Shown here piece after piece: positions 16,926 through 26,091 of a stretch of 55,148 nucleotides of DNA. Below the pieces are notes generated by a model. It saw nothing but the letters and a program-made list of their open reading frames with translations. It was not told where the DNA came from and searched no databases. The first letter of the stretch is position 1, and each line of letters starts with the position of its first letter. The translations under genes and the position numbers were made by a program. Source of the stretch: a virus (Duplodnaviria; Caudoviricetes); IMG/VR virus record IMGVR_UViG_3300032257_000016, positions 1-55,148 of that record. One strand, given 5' to 3'.

Positions 16926-18679
16926 AAATTATTAACGTAAAACAAGGCTCCCCAGAATGGTTAGAAATAAGACTGGAGTTTAATACAGCGTCTGAAGCTT
17001 CGATGATGATGGGTAAGTCAAAACACACCTCTCGTGACGAATTATTAAGCCTGAAGCACACCGGCGAAGAAAAAGAATACAGCGACTGGGTTAAAAAGAA
17101 ACTGTTTGATAAAGGTCATGAGATTGAATCTCTGGCAAGACCTATTGCTGAAGCATATATAGGAAAAGAACTGTTCCCTGCGACCGCGATTAATGACGAT
17201 GAAACGATCTTGGCAAGCTTTGATGGCGTCACCATGTTTGAGGACATTATCTGGGAATGCAAGTCATGGAATGAATTGAAAGCTGAGTCAGTCAGAAACG
17301 GACAGGTGCCTGAAGTCGATCTTTGGCAGGTTATTCAGCAGTTGGCTGTTTGTCCTACAGCAAAGTGCCTGTACACAGTTTCAGACGGAACAGAAGAAAA
17401 GACCGTGCATGTATTCAAAGAATATAATGAATCAGAGGTCAAGAAGTTGATGGCTGGATGGAATCTGTTCACTCAAGATCTTGAATCGTACGTCCCGCCG
17501 ATAGTTAAAGCTGAACCTGTGGCAAAAGAAATAATGCCGCTGCCATCACTATCAATCGACGTTACCGGCTCAGTCAATAATACAAACATTGAGGTTTTTG
17601 AGAAAAGCGCCTCACAGTTTATCGCTGAAATAAACGAAGACCTGAAAACAGACCAGGATTTTGCTGACGCTGAAAAGGTCGTGAAGTTTTGCGATCAATC
17701 AGAGAAGCAGCTGGAATTAGTCAAGAGTCAAGCACTAATAAAAATGACTGACATTAATACGCTCTTTTCAACCGTAGACAAAATTAAGTCAGAACTGCGA
17801 ACAAAAAGACTGTCCCTGGAGAGGCTTGTTAAAGCAGAAAAAATCAATATTAGAAATAACATTGTATCTGATGCCAAGAAAGCGTTTTATCAGCACATTG
17901 TATCGCTTGATGAAGGTCTTGGCGGTCAATACATGCCAGTCATTAATGCTGATTTCCCCGGAGCCATAAAAGGCAAGCGCAACATAACATCAGTAACTAG
18001 CGCAGCTAATGATGAACTAGCCAGAGTCAAGATCGAGGCAAACGAAGTAGCAGAAGCGATTCGGGCGAATTTAAAACTCATAGAAAGCAACGCTGATTTT
18101 AAATTCTTATTCAATGATCTAAACCAGATTATCACGAAAGATAATGATGATTTTGCTCTTCTTGTGAATTCTCGCGTTGAAGCCCATCGAGAAGCAGAAG
18201 ATAAGCGTCTTAAAGAAGAGCGTGAAGCCATACGCAAGGAAGAAGAGGCAAAGATAGCAGCCAAGCTTGAAGCAGCTCGCAAAAAGCAGCTCGAAGAGAT
18301 TGAGCAGGAAAAAGAACAAGCAATACACGAGGGTATTAATAATGGCTCAAATGCGAATAAAAAAGAAAATTCGCCGGTTTCACAAGAAGCGAGTACCAAA
18401 CAACCGGAAGTCACGACTAATAATTCGAATGCGAAAACAGCGGCTAATGAAAAAAGAAGCCCTGGATCAATCGTAGGCAATCATGCGCCAGCATTTAACA
18501 GCGAAGATGATGCCGAAAAACTCATTCGTTTCGCTCGTGAAATATCTGACTTAACGGCTCCAGTCATTGCCAGTAAAGAGTATAAGCGAGTTCTGGGGAA
18601 AGCAATCACCGAACTAACCAAAGCTCACTCCGCCATAATCGACGGAATTGAATCACTGAAAAGCAACAAGGTTGCGTAG
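16922..18679 (+). CDS. YqaJ/lambda-exonuclease-family nuclease with long coiled-coil C-terminus
   Basis: QGSPEW...R....TASEA, ASFDG, WECK, WQ..QQL. Confidence 0.9.
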   Translation: MKIINVKQGSPEWLEIRLEFNTASEASMMMGKSKHTSRDELLSLKHTGEEKEYSDWVKKKLFDKGHEIESLARPIAEAYIGKELFPATAINDDETILASFDGVTMFEDIIWECKSWNELKAESVRNGQVPEVDLWQVIQQLAVCPTAKCLYTVSDGTEEKTVHVFKEYNESEVKKLMAGWNLFTQDLESYVPPIVKAEPVAKEIMPLPSLSIDVTGSVNNTNIEVFEKSASQFIAEINEDLKTDQDFADAEKVVKFCDQSEKQLELVKSQALIKMTDINTLFSTVDKIKSELRTKRLSLERLVKAEKINIRNNIVSDAKKAFYQHIVSLDEGLGGQYMPVINADFPGAIKGKRNITSVTSAANDELARVKIEANEVAEAIRANLKLIESNADFKFLFNDLNQIITKDNDDFALLVNSRVEAHREAEDKRLKEEREAIRKEEEAKIAAKLEAARKKQLEEIEQEKEQAIHEGINNGSNANKKENSPVSQEASTKQPEVTTNNSNAKTAANEKRSPGSIVGNHAPAFNSEDDAEKLIRFAREISDLTAPVIASKEYKRVLGKAITELTKAHSAIIDGIESLKSNKVA

Positions 18680-18687
18680 GGGGAATT

Positions 18688-19053
18688 ATGGCTGCAATTA
18701 ACTTAAAAGACTTTTATGCACCACAGGATATTGAAGACCTTATTACCATGAAGGTCGATAAGGCCTCAGATGAAGTCTTTAATAGCAATACCGCACATGA
18801 CTTCATAAATGAGTGCGTAGGCGAGATCACGAGCAAGGAAGACATTTCTGCCATGGATACTATCTACGCAGTCGCCAGGGAAATAAGGAATTCATCGAAA
18901 ATCGACAACGCAAGGCAACTCTTGCTATTTGCGTCACTGGGTAAGCATTTTTTTAACGTAATTGATGGCTATGAGCATCGACTAGGCAAGCGAAGTCTTG
19001 CTCAACAGATGGGAATCAGCATTGAAGAATTAACCGAACTGGAGAATGAATAA
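18688..19053 (+). CDS. Hypothetical protein
   Basis: 121 aa, GGGGG RBS. Confidence 0.6.
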   Translation: MAAINLKDFYAPQDIEDLITMKVDKASDEVFNSNTAHDFINECVGEITSKEDISAMDTIYAVAREIRNSSKIDNARQLLLFASLGKHFFNVIDGYEHRLGKRSLAQQMGISIEELTELENE

Positions 19054-19514
19054 TGGCGCGTGGAGTAAACAAAGCAATTATTCTTGGTAATGTCGGACAA
19101 GAACCAGAAGTCCGATATATGCCAAGCGGATCAGCAGTAACTGAGGTTTCAGTTGCGACAACCGAGCAGTGGAAAGATAAAAGCAGTGGCGAAAAGCAGG
19201 AACGTACCGAATGGCATCGCATTACCTTCTTTGGTCGCCTGGCTGAAATTGTTGGCGAGTACATTAGAAAAGGATCAAAGATCTATGTTGAAGGCTTGAT
19301 CCGCACTGAAAAATGGCAGGACAAGCAAGGCAATGATCGTTATACAACCAAGATTGTCGCCACGGAGCTTCAAATGCTTGACTCAAGAGATTCATCGAAT
19401 AACAACCAACAAGGCGGCTATCAGAACCATAGTTCTTCGGCTCAGAATCGCCCGGCACCTCAGCAGCAGGAGGCACCGCAGGCCACAGACTTTGATGACG
19501 ACCTGCCGTTTTAG
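19053..19514 (+). CDS. ssb: Single-stranded DNA-binding protein
   Basis: [13 protein letters not shown]...TEWHRI...DFDDDLPF. Confidence 0.98.
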   Translation: MARGVNKAIILGNVGQEPEVRYMPSGSAVTEVSVATTEQWKDKSSGEKQERTEWHRITFFGRLAEIVGEYIRKGSKIYVEGLIRTEKWQDKQGNDRYTTKIVATELQMLDSRDSSNNNQQGGYQNHSSSAQNRPAPQQQEAPQATDFDDDLPF

Positions 19515-19557
19515 GAGTCTAGTGTCGGAGCGTGACTGTCTATTGCGGAGAGCGGGA

Positions 19558-19740
19558 ATGTGTGAGTTTAAAGTAGGCGAAAAAGTTAATTACCACCCCA
19601 TTATTGGAGGTGAGCATACAGGCACAGTACATGAGATTACTAATATAGAACTAATGCCTAACAATTTTGGGTGTGATGTAGCGTGGATTGAAGGGCATCG
19701 AGGCTGTGTTGATTTTGATGCGCTAAGTCACGTTGATTAA
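19558..19740 (+). CDS. Small SH3-like hypothetical protein
   Basis: MCEFKVGEKVNY...; GGAG RBS. Confidence 0.55.
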   Translation: MCEFKVGEKVNYHPIIGGEHTGTVHEITNIELMPNNFGCDVAWIEGHRGCVDFDALSHVD

Positions 19741-19858
19741 TTAAGAATTAAGCGGGAGTGGCGGAAATGAAACGAGTATTTATAAAAATATGCGTGGCGC
19801 TGGTATTCATTGCCTTCGGGCTGATTGCTTTGATCTCATGGGGGAATGGTGGATTGAT

Positions 19859-20008
19859 ATGATAACAATTATTTTACCAGAATGGCTTGTCATTATGCTA
19901 GGAGTAGCTGTGGCGCTGTCAGTATTAGCTTCATGCCTTAATATTTATCTATGGCATCTAAAACGTAAAATTAAAAAATTACAAATTAAAATGATAAGGA
20001 GTAGGTGA
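19859..20008 (+). CDS. Small TM protein
   Basis: MITIILPEWLVIMLGVAVALSVLA... with a basic tail. Confidence 0.45.
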   Translation: MITIILPEWLVIMLGVAVALSVLASCLNIYLWHLKRKIKKLQIKMIRSR

Positions 20009-20352
20009 TGCCAAGAAACATGAGTTTTGCAATGACGACCGAGCAGATTAAGAATAAAACAAAGATTGTCACGCGACGATATGGCTGGATTTTTTTAAAG
20101 CCTGGTGATCTTGTTCAGCCTGTTGAAAAAGCAATGGGATTGAAACCCGGCGAGAAAATGAAAAAGATCGGTGGCTTGATCCGGATCGTTTCAACATATC
20201 AAGAGCCGTTGAGCTTCATCACTCACAGCGATGTTGTTCTTGAAGGCTTTCCAGACTGGACGGCTGACCAGTTCATTCAGATGCTGGTCGATCACTATAA
20301 AGTAGACCCGATGAAAGAAGTAAACCGGATTCAGTTTGAGTATTTGGATTAA
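20005..20352 (+). CDS. ASCH/PUA-like domain protein
   Basis: NMSF..T..QI...TK.VTRR.GW..LKPGD...V..EGFP. Confidence 0.8.
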   Translation: MMPRNMSFAMTTEQIKNKTKIVTRRYGWIFLKPGDLVQPVEKAMGLKPGEKMKKIGGLIRIVSTYQEPLSFITHSDVVLEGFPDWTADQFIQMLVDHYKVDPMKEVNRIQFEYLD

Positions 20353-20379
20353 TTTAAAAAACAAAAAGAGAAAAATATT

Positions 20380-20508
20380 GTGAGTAAACACATAACAGCA
20401 TCACCCCTCTGCTGGCCTGAAGGCTGGCTCTTTGAAGCAAGGGATACGGGGTGCACATACTATGTAACAGAAACATGCACTATTAGCAGGCGAAATGATA
20501 AGGGGTAG
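20380..20508 (+). pseudogene. Possible truncated remnant (42 aa) of a phage 'PLxWPxGW' J-domain-associated gene
   Basis: MSKHITASPLCWPEGW followed by unrelated sequence and an early stop. Confidence 0.3.
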
Positions 20509-20730
20509 ATGATGATTGATAGAACTAATTTTTTACTTGGTAATTTGCTATGTGCATGTATAGGTCTTGGCGAATATTATGATTTTAATATTAATTCCTT
20601 TGGCTGGTTAATGCTCGTTGCTTTAACATTTAACTTAGGGGCTTACCTTGAACATGTGAAATATACGTTGCTAGAAAAGCGGTGTAATGTTGCCAGTGAT
20701 GATTTCAATAAAAAATATAGTCATTTATAA
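20509..20730 (+). CDS. Small membrane protein
   Basis: Two hydrophobic segments; AT-rich. Confidence 0.5.
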   Translation: MMIDRTNFLLGNLLCACIGLGEYYDFNINSFGWLMLVALTFNLGAYLEHVKYTLLEKRCNVASDDFNKKYSHL

Positions 20731-20740
20731 GGGATAGATA

Positions 20741-21040
20741 ATGAGTAAATTAACAGTAACCGAAGGCAAAAATAATAATTACATTATCCAAAAGGATGAT
20801 TGGGCTTATGGACAGAGACGAGGATTGGATAGTGCTACAGAGAGTCCTTTGCGAGAGCATGAGGAAGTTATCATTGACCTATGCGATGAACTATTAAAGT
20901 TACAGACCGAGCGCGACGATCTACAATTTAAACTTGATAATTTAATGCTTGAATATTGCCCAGAAGAAATGGCTGACGAACAAGTAAACGAATGGGGTGA
21001 CAATCAGAAACCTAGCGAGGAGAAAGACAATGACCAATGA
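20741..21040 (+). CDS. Hypothetical protein
   Basis: 99 aa; L..K.D.LMLEYCP.EM...Q..EW motif. Confidence 0.6.
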   Translation: MSKLTVTEGKNNNYIIQKDDWAYGQRRGLDSATESPLREHEEVIIDLCDELLKLQTERDDLQFKLDNLMLEYCPEEMADEQVNEWGDNQKPSEEKDNDQ

Positions 21041-21248
21041 ACTGGAACAAGAAGCCATTAAAATAATGAAAAGTGATGGAATGAATGTTCTTTATTGTAG
21101 TCATGTAAATAAACTAAAGGACGCTCCGCCGTGTTGTGAGTCATGCCATGAAGATGAAGATGATGGATATGACAATCTCTATAATGAGATAGATGGATTG
21201 AAATATAACTTATGTTGCGTAAAACGCATCTATTTATTTGGAGATTAA
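21030..21248 (+). CDS. Small Cys-rich acidic protein
   Basis: CC.SCHED...CC; GAGGAG RBS. Confidence 0.6.
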   Translation: MTNELEQEAIKIMKSDGMNVLYCSHVNKLKDAPPCCESCHEDEDDGYDNLYNEIDGLKYNLCCVKRIYLFGD

Positions 21249-21249
21249 A

Positions 21250-21690
21250 ATGAGCAATGAATTAGAACAAATAAAACAGAAGCAAAAAGAAATAGATGAA
21301 TTGATAGCACGGCTAGGAGCTAAGCAGGAGTGGATGCCTTCGTCTGTAGATCAGCCTGTTTATGTGCGTAATTCTAAGCATAGTGACTGGGAACTGCGTT
21401 TTGTAGCTGAACCTGAATTAAAACAATCTCGTGATTTAGCATGTTGGGACAATGGAAATACATCATTAACCACAGGGGAGAAGGTTTCATGGAAATACTG
21501 GAAGCCCGCTACAGATATTATAATAACGCCAAATTGGTTGCCGAATACGGGTGTTATGCCAGACCGTCAATCCTGTGTTATGCGACTTAATAATGGGATT
21601 ATTGCGGATAGCACAAACCCATTAAACTATATTTGGGATATTACACATGAACGGCATGGCATCAAAGAATACTTTATATTGGGGAAATAG
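21250..21690 (+). CDS. Hypothetical protein, paralog of 21692..22108
   Basis: GGAG RBS; W.P...Q.V and WKPA motifs. Confidence 0.65.
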   Translation: MSNELEQIKQKQKEIDELIARLGAKQEWMPSSVDQPVYVRNSKHSDWELRFVAEPELKQSRDLACWDNGNTSLTTGEKVSWKYWKPATDIIITPNWLPNTGVMPDRQSCVMRLNNGIIADSTNPLNYIWDITHERHGIKEYFILGK

Positions 21691-21691
21691 C

Positions 21692-22108
21692 ATGGAACAA
21701 GAAGCGGAAGACGCAATAAAGCTACTGGCTAAGATGGGTATAACACCTGAGCAGTACGCAGAAGAAATGAAGAAGACTACTCTCTGGATACCTGCGAATG
21801 GACAGGCTGTATTAACAGGAGATAATGATTTTCCGAGAATATCAACAGGAAAGTTGGATGAATTTGGATGGTTACTTTGCTACTATGATGATGGAGATAC
21901 TGTAGCACTGGAAACATGGAAACCCGCAAAACACATCCCTTCAGTTCTGAATAAAATCCCGCACGATGGGAGTGATGTTTGCCCGATAGCCGATGGGATT
22001 GAGCATATTGTTAAGTATAAGAATGGTAATATCCGGGGAGGGAAAGTAGTAAGTCAAAGAGATTGGCCTGAAGTCGAATGGTACGCAAGTCTGAAGGGTG
22101 AGATATGA
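21692..22108 (+). CDS. Hypothetical protein, paralog of 21250..21690
   Basis: GGGGA RBS; W.P...Q.V and WKPA motifs. Confidence 0.65.
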   Translation: MEQEAEDAIKLLAKMGITPEQYAEEMKKTTLWIPANGQAVLTGDNDFPRISTGKLDEFGWLLCYYDDGDTVALETWKPAKHIPSVLNKIPHDGSDVCPIADGIEHIVKYKNGNIRGGKVVSQRDWPEVEWYASLKGEI

Positions 22109-22392
22109 GCAATAAAATAATCGTTCTTTCAGATGATTATATTAACCAGCTTTTTGAAGGCACTAATTTTGGCGCTGGTATAAATAATTCAACTAAAGAA
22201 AAAAAATGCCTTATTGTTAGAACTTTACAGAATCAAATAAGCGGCTATTGGTCTGGCCACACTGCTTACCATATTGCAGTAAACGGCGGATTCTTAAAAG
22301 ACTCAAAAAAGGGGTCGAAGAAAAAATTGACGGCTTTGGGACATGCGTTTTTACAAGTTGAATCAGAAATAAATGATAAGGAACGGGCATGA
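22105..22392 (+). CDS. Hypothetical protein
   Basis: 95 aa, ATGA coupling on both sides. Confidence 0.6.
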   Translation: MSNKIIVLSDDYINQLFEGTNFGAGINNSTKEKKCLIVRTLQNQISGYWSGHTAYHIAVNGGFLKDSKKGSKKKLTALGHAFLQVESEINDKERA

Positions 22393-22583
22393 CGTGGGTT
22401 AGCATAAAAGAATATCAAAAAACATTTTCTGATGGCTCACGACCCTGCGCCAGAACGGTGAAACGATGGATTGAAAACAATGATATTGTCGGCAAGAAAA
22501 TCGGTGGAAGATATTATATTTTTCAAAGCCATGAAATACACCAAGTAAGCAATCCACTCGCTTTAAAAGTCCTATTGAATTAA
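22389..22583 (+). CDS. xis: Excisionase
   Basis: 64 aa; P...TVKRWI....I.GKKIGG.YYI winged helix; immediately upstream of int. Confidence 0.8.
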   Translation: MTWVSIKEYQKTFSDGSRPCARTVKRWIENNDIVGKKIGGRYYIFQSHEIHQVSNPLALKVLLN

Positions 22584-22592
22584 GGTTACATT

Positions 22593-23759
22593 ATGAGTGC
22601 ACGACCACGAAAAACCGGAAGAAAAGACCTGCCTGACAATCTTTATTGTGAGCATGACAAGCGCAGAGGGAAGCATTACTTCAAGTATATTCGACCTGAC
22701 TTGCCTGCTGGCAGTAAAAAAAGAATCTGCGGCATGGGTACAGACAAGGCCACTGCAGTAGACGCAGCCAATCAACTTAATGCAATCTTGAGTAAACCGA
22801 GTAATCTTGTGTCCAGGGCGCTTGGTCGAGACAAATCATTCTCTGACATACTGACCGAATACCAGGATGAATATCTTCCGACTCGCACCATAAAGGGTAA
22901 ACCGCTCTCAAGCCGGACGCTCACTGAGATCAACAGACGAATAAAGCTTTTTCATGGGCATTTCGGTAAACATCAAGCAAGAGAGATAACGCTTGACCAG
23001 TTCAATGATTATTTTAACACCATGACCAGCTCCGAAGAGCATAATAAACACCGACAATTATTACTTAAAATATATACATGGGGTATGTCTAAGGGCTACC
23101 TGGATGAAAACATACCAGATATGACCCTCAAGATGGACTCTCAAGCTAAACAGCGCCAACGGCTTGATATGGCTGGGTATCAGGCAATCTTTGAGCATGC
23201 GTCAAAACTCGGAAAGCTTGCCATGGAACTTGCATTGAATACAATGCAGCGTCGGGAAGATCTGAGGCAATGGAAGTTTAGCGACTCAAAAGATGATTTT
23301 GTCTATCTTATTATCTCAAAAACACGAAAACACGGTAAGTCGGCTTTTATTCGCATTCCGTTAGAGCTGCCATTAATTCATAGTAATTATGGGTATCACA
23401 CGCTCAGAGAGTTGATTAAGGCATGCAGAGATCAGGTGCATTGCCCTTACCTGCTCCACCAGAAACCGAAGAACTACAGAAAGAGCAAGGAAAAGGATCA
23501 CTGGGGGCAGCTCGCGCCGCGTGACCTGTCAGATCTGTTCGCTGAGGCAAGAGAGGCCAGCGGCCATTATTCGCACCTAAAGCCTGCTGAGAAGCCTACG
23601 CTGCATGAAATTATTGCTCTGGGTGAGTATCTTCGCAAAGAGTCAGGTTGGTCGATCAAGCAGATCCAGACACTACGAGGGCATACGCAAGAAAAAACGA
23701 CCCTGCTCTATCTTGAGGGTCACGACTGGACAACTGTTGAGATACCAAAATGCCAATAG
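22593..23759 (+). CDS. int: Lambda-type tyrosine integrase
   Basis: MSARPRK...LP.NLY arm-binding domain; T.QR.ED, SKT, PTLHEI, GH....T..Y. Confidence 0.92.
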   Translation: MSARPRKTGRKDLPDNLYCEHDKRRGKHYFKYIRPDLPAGSKKRICGMGTDKATAVDAANQLNAILSKPSNLVSRALGRDKSFSDILTEYQDEYLPTRTIKGKPLSSRTLTEINRRIKLFHGHFGKHQAREITLDQFNDYFNTMTSSEEHNKHRQLLLKIYTWGMSKGYLDENIPDMTLKMDSQAKQRQRLDMAGYQAIFEHASKLGKLAMELALNTMQRREDLRQWKFSDSKDDFVYLIISKTRKHGKSAFIRIPLELPLIHSNYGYHTLRELIKACRDQVHCPYLLHQKPKNYRKSKEKDHWGQLAPRDLSDLFAEAREASGHYSHLKPAEKPTLHEIIALGEYLRKESGWSIKQIQTLRGHTQEKTTLLYLEGHDWTTVEIPKCQ

Positions 23760-23806
23760 TTTTACCAGCAGTTTTACCAGCGATCTTCCAGCGGGTTTTA
23801 CCCCGC
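23759..23806 (+). repeat. Integrase arm-type sites (GTTTTACCAGC repeats)
   Basis: Perfect copies at 23759 and 23771, degenerate copies at 23782 and 23795, another perfect copy at 23977-23987 across the core. Confidence 0.8.
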
Positions 23807-23822
23807 TGTAAGTCTTTGTATT

Positions 23823-23867
23823 TGGTAGGCGCGAGTGGATTCGAACCACCGACCCCCACCATGTCAA
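23823..23867 (-). other. attP core: 3' half of tRNA-Val(GAC)
   Basis: Minus strand TTGACATGGTGGGGGTCGGTGGTTCGAATCCACTCGCGCCTACCA gives anticodon loop, T arm, acceptor strand and CCA; no D arm upstream. Confidence 0.93.
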
Positions 23868-24008
23868 AATGCTGCCGACTCATGGCTAAATATTTGAAAA
23901 CGCAGAATAACACACCCTTTATACGCCCGTCAAAACTGGGCATAACTGGACAATAAAAACAACTACTTACAACGCTGTTTTACCAGCGCCACAAACAAGG
24001 AAAAACCA

Positions 24009-24572
24009 ATGAGACAGATAATATTTTTTGATACCGAGACGACCGGAATTCCCGAATGGAAAAAACCTTCCGGCGACGAATGCCAGCCGCGTCTCGTGCA
24101 GCTTGCCGCTATTGTTGCAGACGAAAACACTGGAAAAATAAGTCAGCGTCTTGATCTTATCGTTAAGCCAGATGGTTGGGTTATTCCAGACGAGACAATT
24201 GAGATTCATGGAATTACGAATGAATATGCTCATGACGTAGGTATGCCTGAAGACCTGGTATTAGATATGTTCCTGTGTCTCTGGGATGGATGCAAGCGCG
24301 TTGCATTCAACACCACCTTCGATAACAGGATTATCCGTATCGGAACAAAGCGATACTGCTCTGAAGACGTTATTAATAAATGGAAGGCAGGCGAATACGA
24401 ATGCGCAATGATTGAGTCCAGAAAAATTATTGGCGGCAGTAATCCCAAACTGATTGACGCATACAAGCATTTCACCGGGAAAGATCTTGAGGACGCACAT
24501 TCGGCTTATGCGGATACAAAGGCCTGCATGGAGGTTTATTTTGCGATTAAGGGGGTTAAACAGGATATATGA
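24009..24572 (+). CDS. DnaQ/DEDDh 3'-5' exonuclease
   Basis: FFDTETTG, IHGIT, AFN..FD, AH.A..D. Confidence 0.93.
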   Translation: MRQIIFFDTETTGIPEWKKPSGDECQPRLVQLAAIVADENTGKISQRLDLIVKPDGWVIPDETIEIHGITNEYAHDVGMPEDLVLDMFLCLWDGCKRVAFNTTFDNRIIRIGTKRYCSEDVINKWKAGEYECAMIESRKIIGGSNPKLIDAYKHFTGKDLEDAHSAYADTKACMEVYFAIKGVKQDI

Positions 24573-24850
24573 TGAATCTAATACTCCCGGTAAAAAAACA
24601 ATGGTTTCAACAGATAAGAGACGGTAAAAAGACGGAGGAATACCGGTTATATAACGACTACTGGAAGACCCGCCTTTTGGGTAAAACATTCGACAAAGTA
24701 ATTATTACCCTTGGGTACCCAAAGAGGGAAGACACGGGGCGCCGAATTGAACTGCCATGGAGGGGATTTACTATCAAAGAGATTACTCATGAGGAATGGG
24801 ATAAGATACCTCAGATTGTTTTCGCTATAAAACTGAAGTCAACAGGGTAG
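24569..24850 (+). CDS. ASCH domain protein
   Basis: L.L.VK..WF..I..G.K.EEYR....YW..RL. Confidence 0.85.
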   Translation: MMNLILPVKKQWFQQIRDGKKTEEYRLYNDYWKTRLLGKTFDKVIITLGYPKREDTGRRIELPWRGFTIKEITHEEWDKIPQIVFAIKLKSTG

Positions 24851-25099
24851 CAACCCAGCCAAGCACCCAAGTAAATTAGCGGCCATATCAAGGGAATGAT
24901 CTTTTATTCGCCTTTTGTCAAAGGTCACAACTTCGCGCCGTAACCCGAATCCAAGCACTATTAATACAGCCAACCAGGCTGGCATCCCGACCACAGCGCC
25001 GGCTCGCGCCAAAGCGATGGTTCCCCATGAACTCCAGAAAAAATGCAGTTGCTTGTCCTGCGGGATCTTATTTATCAATGACATTGCTTTCTCGTACAT
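24839..25099 (-). CDS. Membrane protein at the end of the lysis cassette
   Basis: DKQLHF...D.AA..LG with hydrophobic segments. Confidence 0.6.
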   Translation of the reverse strand: MYEKAMSLINKIPQDKQLHFFWSSWGTIALARAGAVVGMPAWLAVLIVLGFGLRREVVTFDKRRIKDHSLDMAANLLGCLAGLLPC

Positions 25100-25329
25100 T
25101 ATTTCACCTGCTCTATTAACGAATCATGCCTATCTCGGCACTCACGGTAAGTCCGGCCAATATCCTTGGCGTTCTGTATTAATGAATGGCTGGTACCATC
25201 AACGGGTACCGGCAGCGATCTATCGCACGGAGCCAGAAGGATCTGGGATGGCTTCGCCTGCAAGGGCTTCACGGTATAGCCGCAACCCGATAGGATTAAG
25301 GCACTCATGATTAGGATTATTTTTGACAT
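25099..25329 (-). CDS. o-spanin (Rz1-like lipoprotein)
   Basis: Lipobox LILSGC, LLAPC...P, EC..RH..L; overlaps the 3' end of the i-spanin. Confidence 0.85.
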   Translation of the reverse strand: MSKIILIMSALILSGCGYTVKPLQAKPSQILLAPCDRSLPVPVDGTSHSLIQNAKDIGRTYRECRDRHDSLIEQVK

Positions 25330-25609
25330 ATTTAATCACCTTCTTTTCAATATCCCGGTAAACAATGCGTTCTTTACCTTGTTTTTCGATATAGCGAATC
25401 TCAATCTTCCTGTTTTCCGCTATCTTTTTGTCGTAGTCTTTTAACGCCTTTTTAATGGCCTTGTTTTCTTTTCCTTGCCAGTACCAGGACGTTACCTTAT
25501 GGCCTCCATATCCACCCACAATAAAAGAAACAGCGATACCTATCAGAATCCACTGAGCAGAACTAACCTTCGCAGCGCCGGGAATCAGCCTTAAAATAAA
25601 TCCAAACAT
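25220..25609 (-). CDS. i-spanin (Rz-like)
   Basis: N-terminal TM segment, coiled coil, C-terminal Cys. Confidence 0.8.
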   Translation of the reverse strand: MFGFILRLIPGAAKVSSAQWILIGIAVSFIVGGYGGHKVTSWYWQGKENKAIKKALKDYDKKIAENRKIEIRYIEKQGKERIVYRDIEKKVIKYVKNNPNHECLNPIGLRLYREALAGEAIPDPSGSVR

Positions 25610-25614
25610 GTTAT

Positions 25615-26091
25615 TTACTCCACGTTATATGTAACACCATCACCGCGAATCTCGATCTGCTTAACTCTCGACTTGCGAATAAGGTCTATAATGATCTTGG
25701 TTGTATTCTTACTCGAAGTCACAGCCCAGTCGGCCGGTATGGCCTTTACCCCAAATCTACTTCTGCCGCTCCCAAACCCAATGCACCCTTGAAGTTCGGC
25801 AGCAAGATTCGCGCTATGAAGCAAGCAGGCATACCGAGAAACCCCGTCGCATTGATCGTTTAAGTAGACACCAAGCTCTTCATTAACCAGCGCATAAGTT
25901 TCATGCGGATACTTTGTTTTGCTTAGAAATGGCACAAGATCATAAATACCGGCAGGAACGCACGATCTGAACGGCTCATTGTTTCGCCATGGCTGTTCAA
26001 TAGAGAAGGCATGCCTAACGTCATTAAGCAGCAATCGGCCAAAGGTACCTGCAACCGGATCAGTACAGAATCTTTCGATAACCGGGATCAA
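25615..26091 (-). CDS. DUF5675-family (L,D-transpeptidase-like) putative endolysin
   Basis: T.G.L......IE.PW......SC.PAG.Y...H.AN...L.GCI..G; upstream of the spanins. Confidence 0.8.
   Translation of the reverse strand: MIPVIERFCTDPVAGTFGRLLLNDVRHAFSIEQPWRNNEPFRSCVPAGIYDLVPFLSKTKYPHETYALVNEELGVYLNDQCDGVSRYACLLHSANLAAELQGCIGFGSGRSRFGVKAIPADWAVTSSKNTTKIIIDLIRKSRVKQIEIRGDGVTYNVE

Noticed and set aside
22593-22600. ATGAGTGC at the integrase start resembling the motif
   Set aside because: No 5' GCGC arm; it simply encodes Met-Ser-Ala
23759-23806. CRISPR-like or iteron array
   Set aside because: 11-bp units with no spacers that flank an att core fit integrase arm sites; no cas genes seen
23823-23900. 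Complete tRNA-Val gene
   Set aside because: Only the anticodon loop to CCA is present; upstream sequence gives no D arm or 5' acceptor strand, so it is the attP core
25301-25309. Fifth copy of the leader motif (GCACTCATG)
   Set aside because: Partial, lacks the GCGC arm, lies inside the overlapping spanin genes and is not upstream of a start
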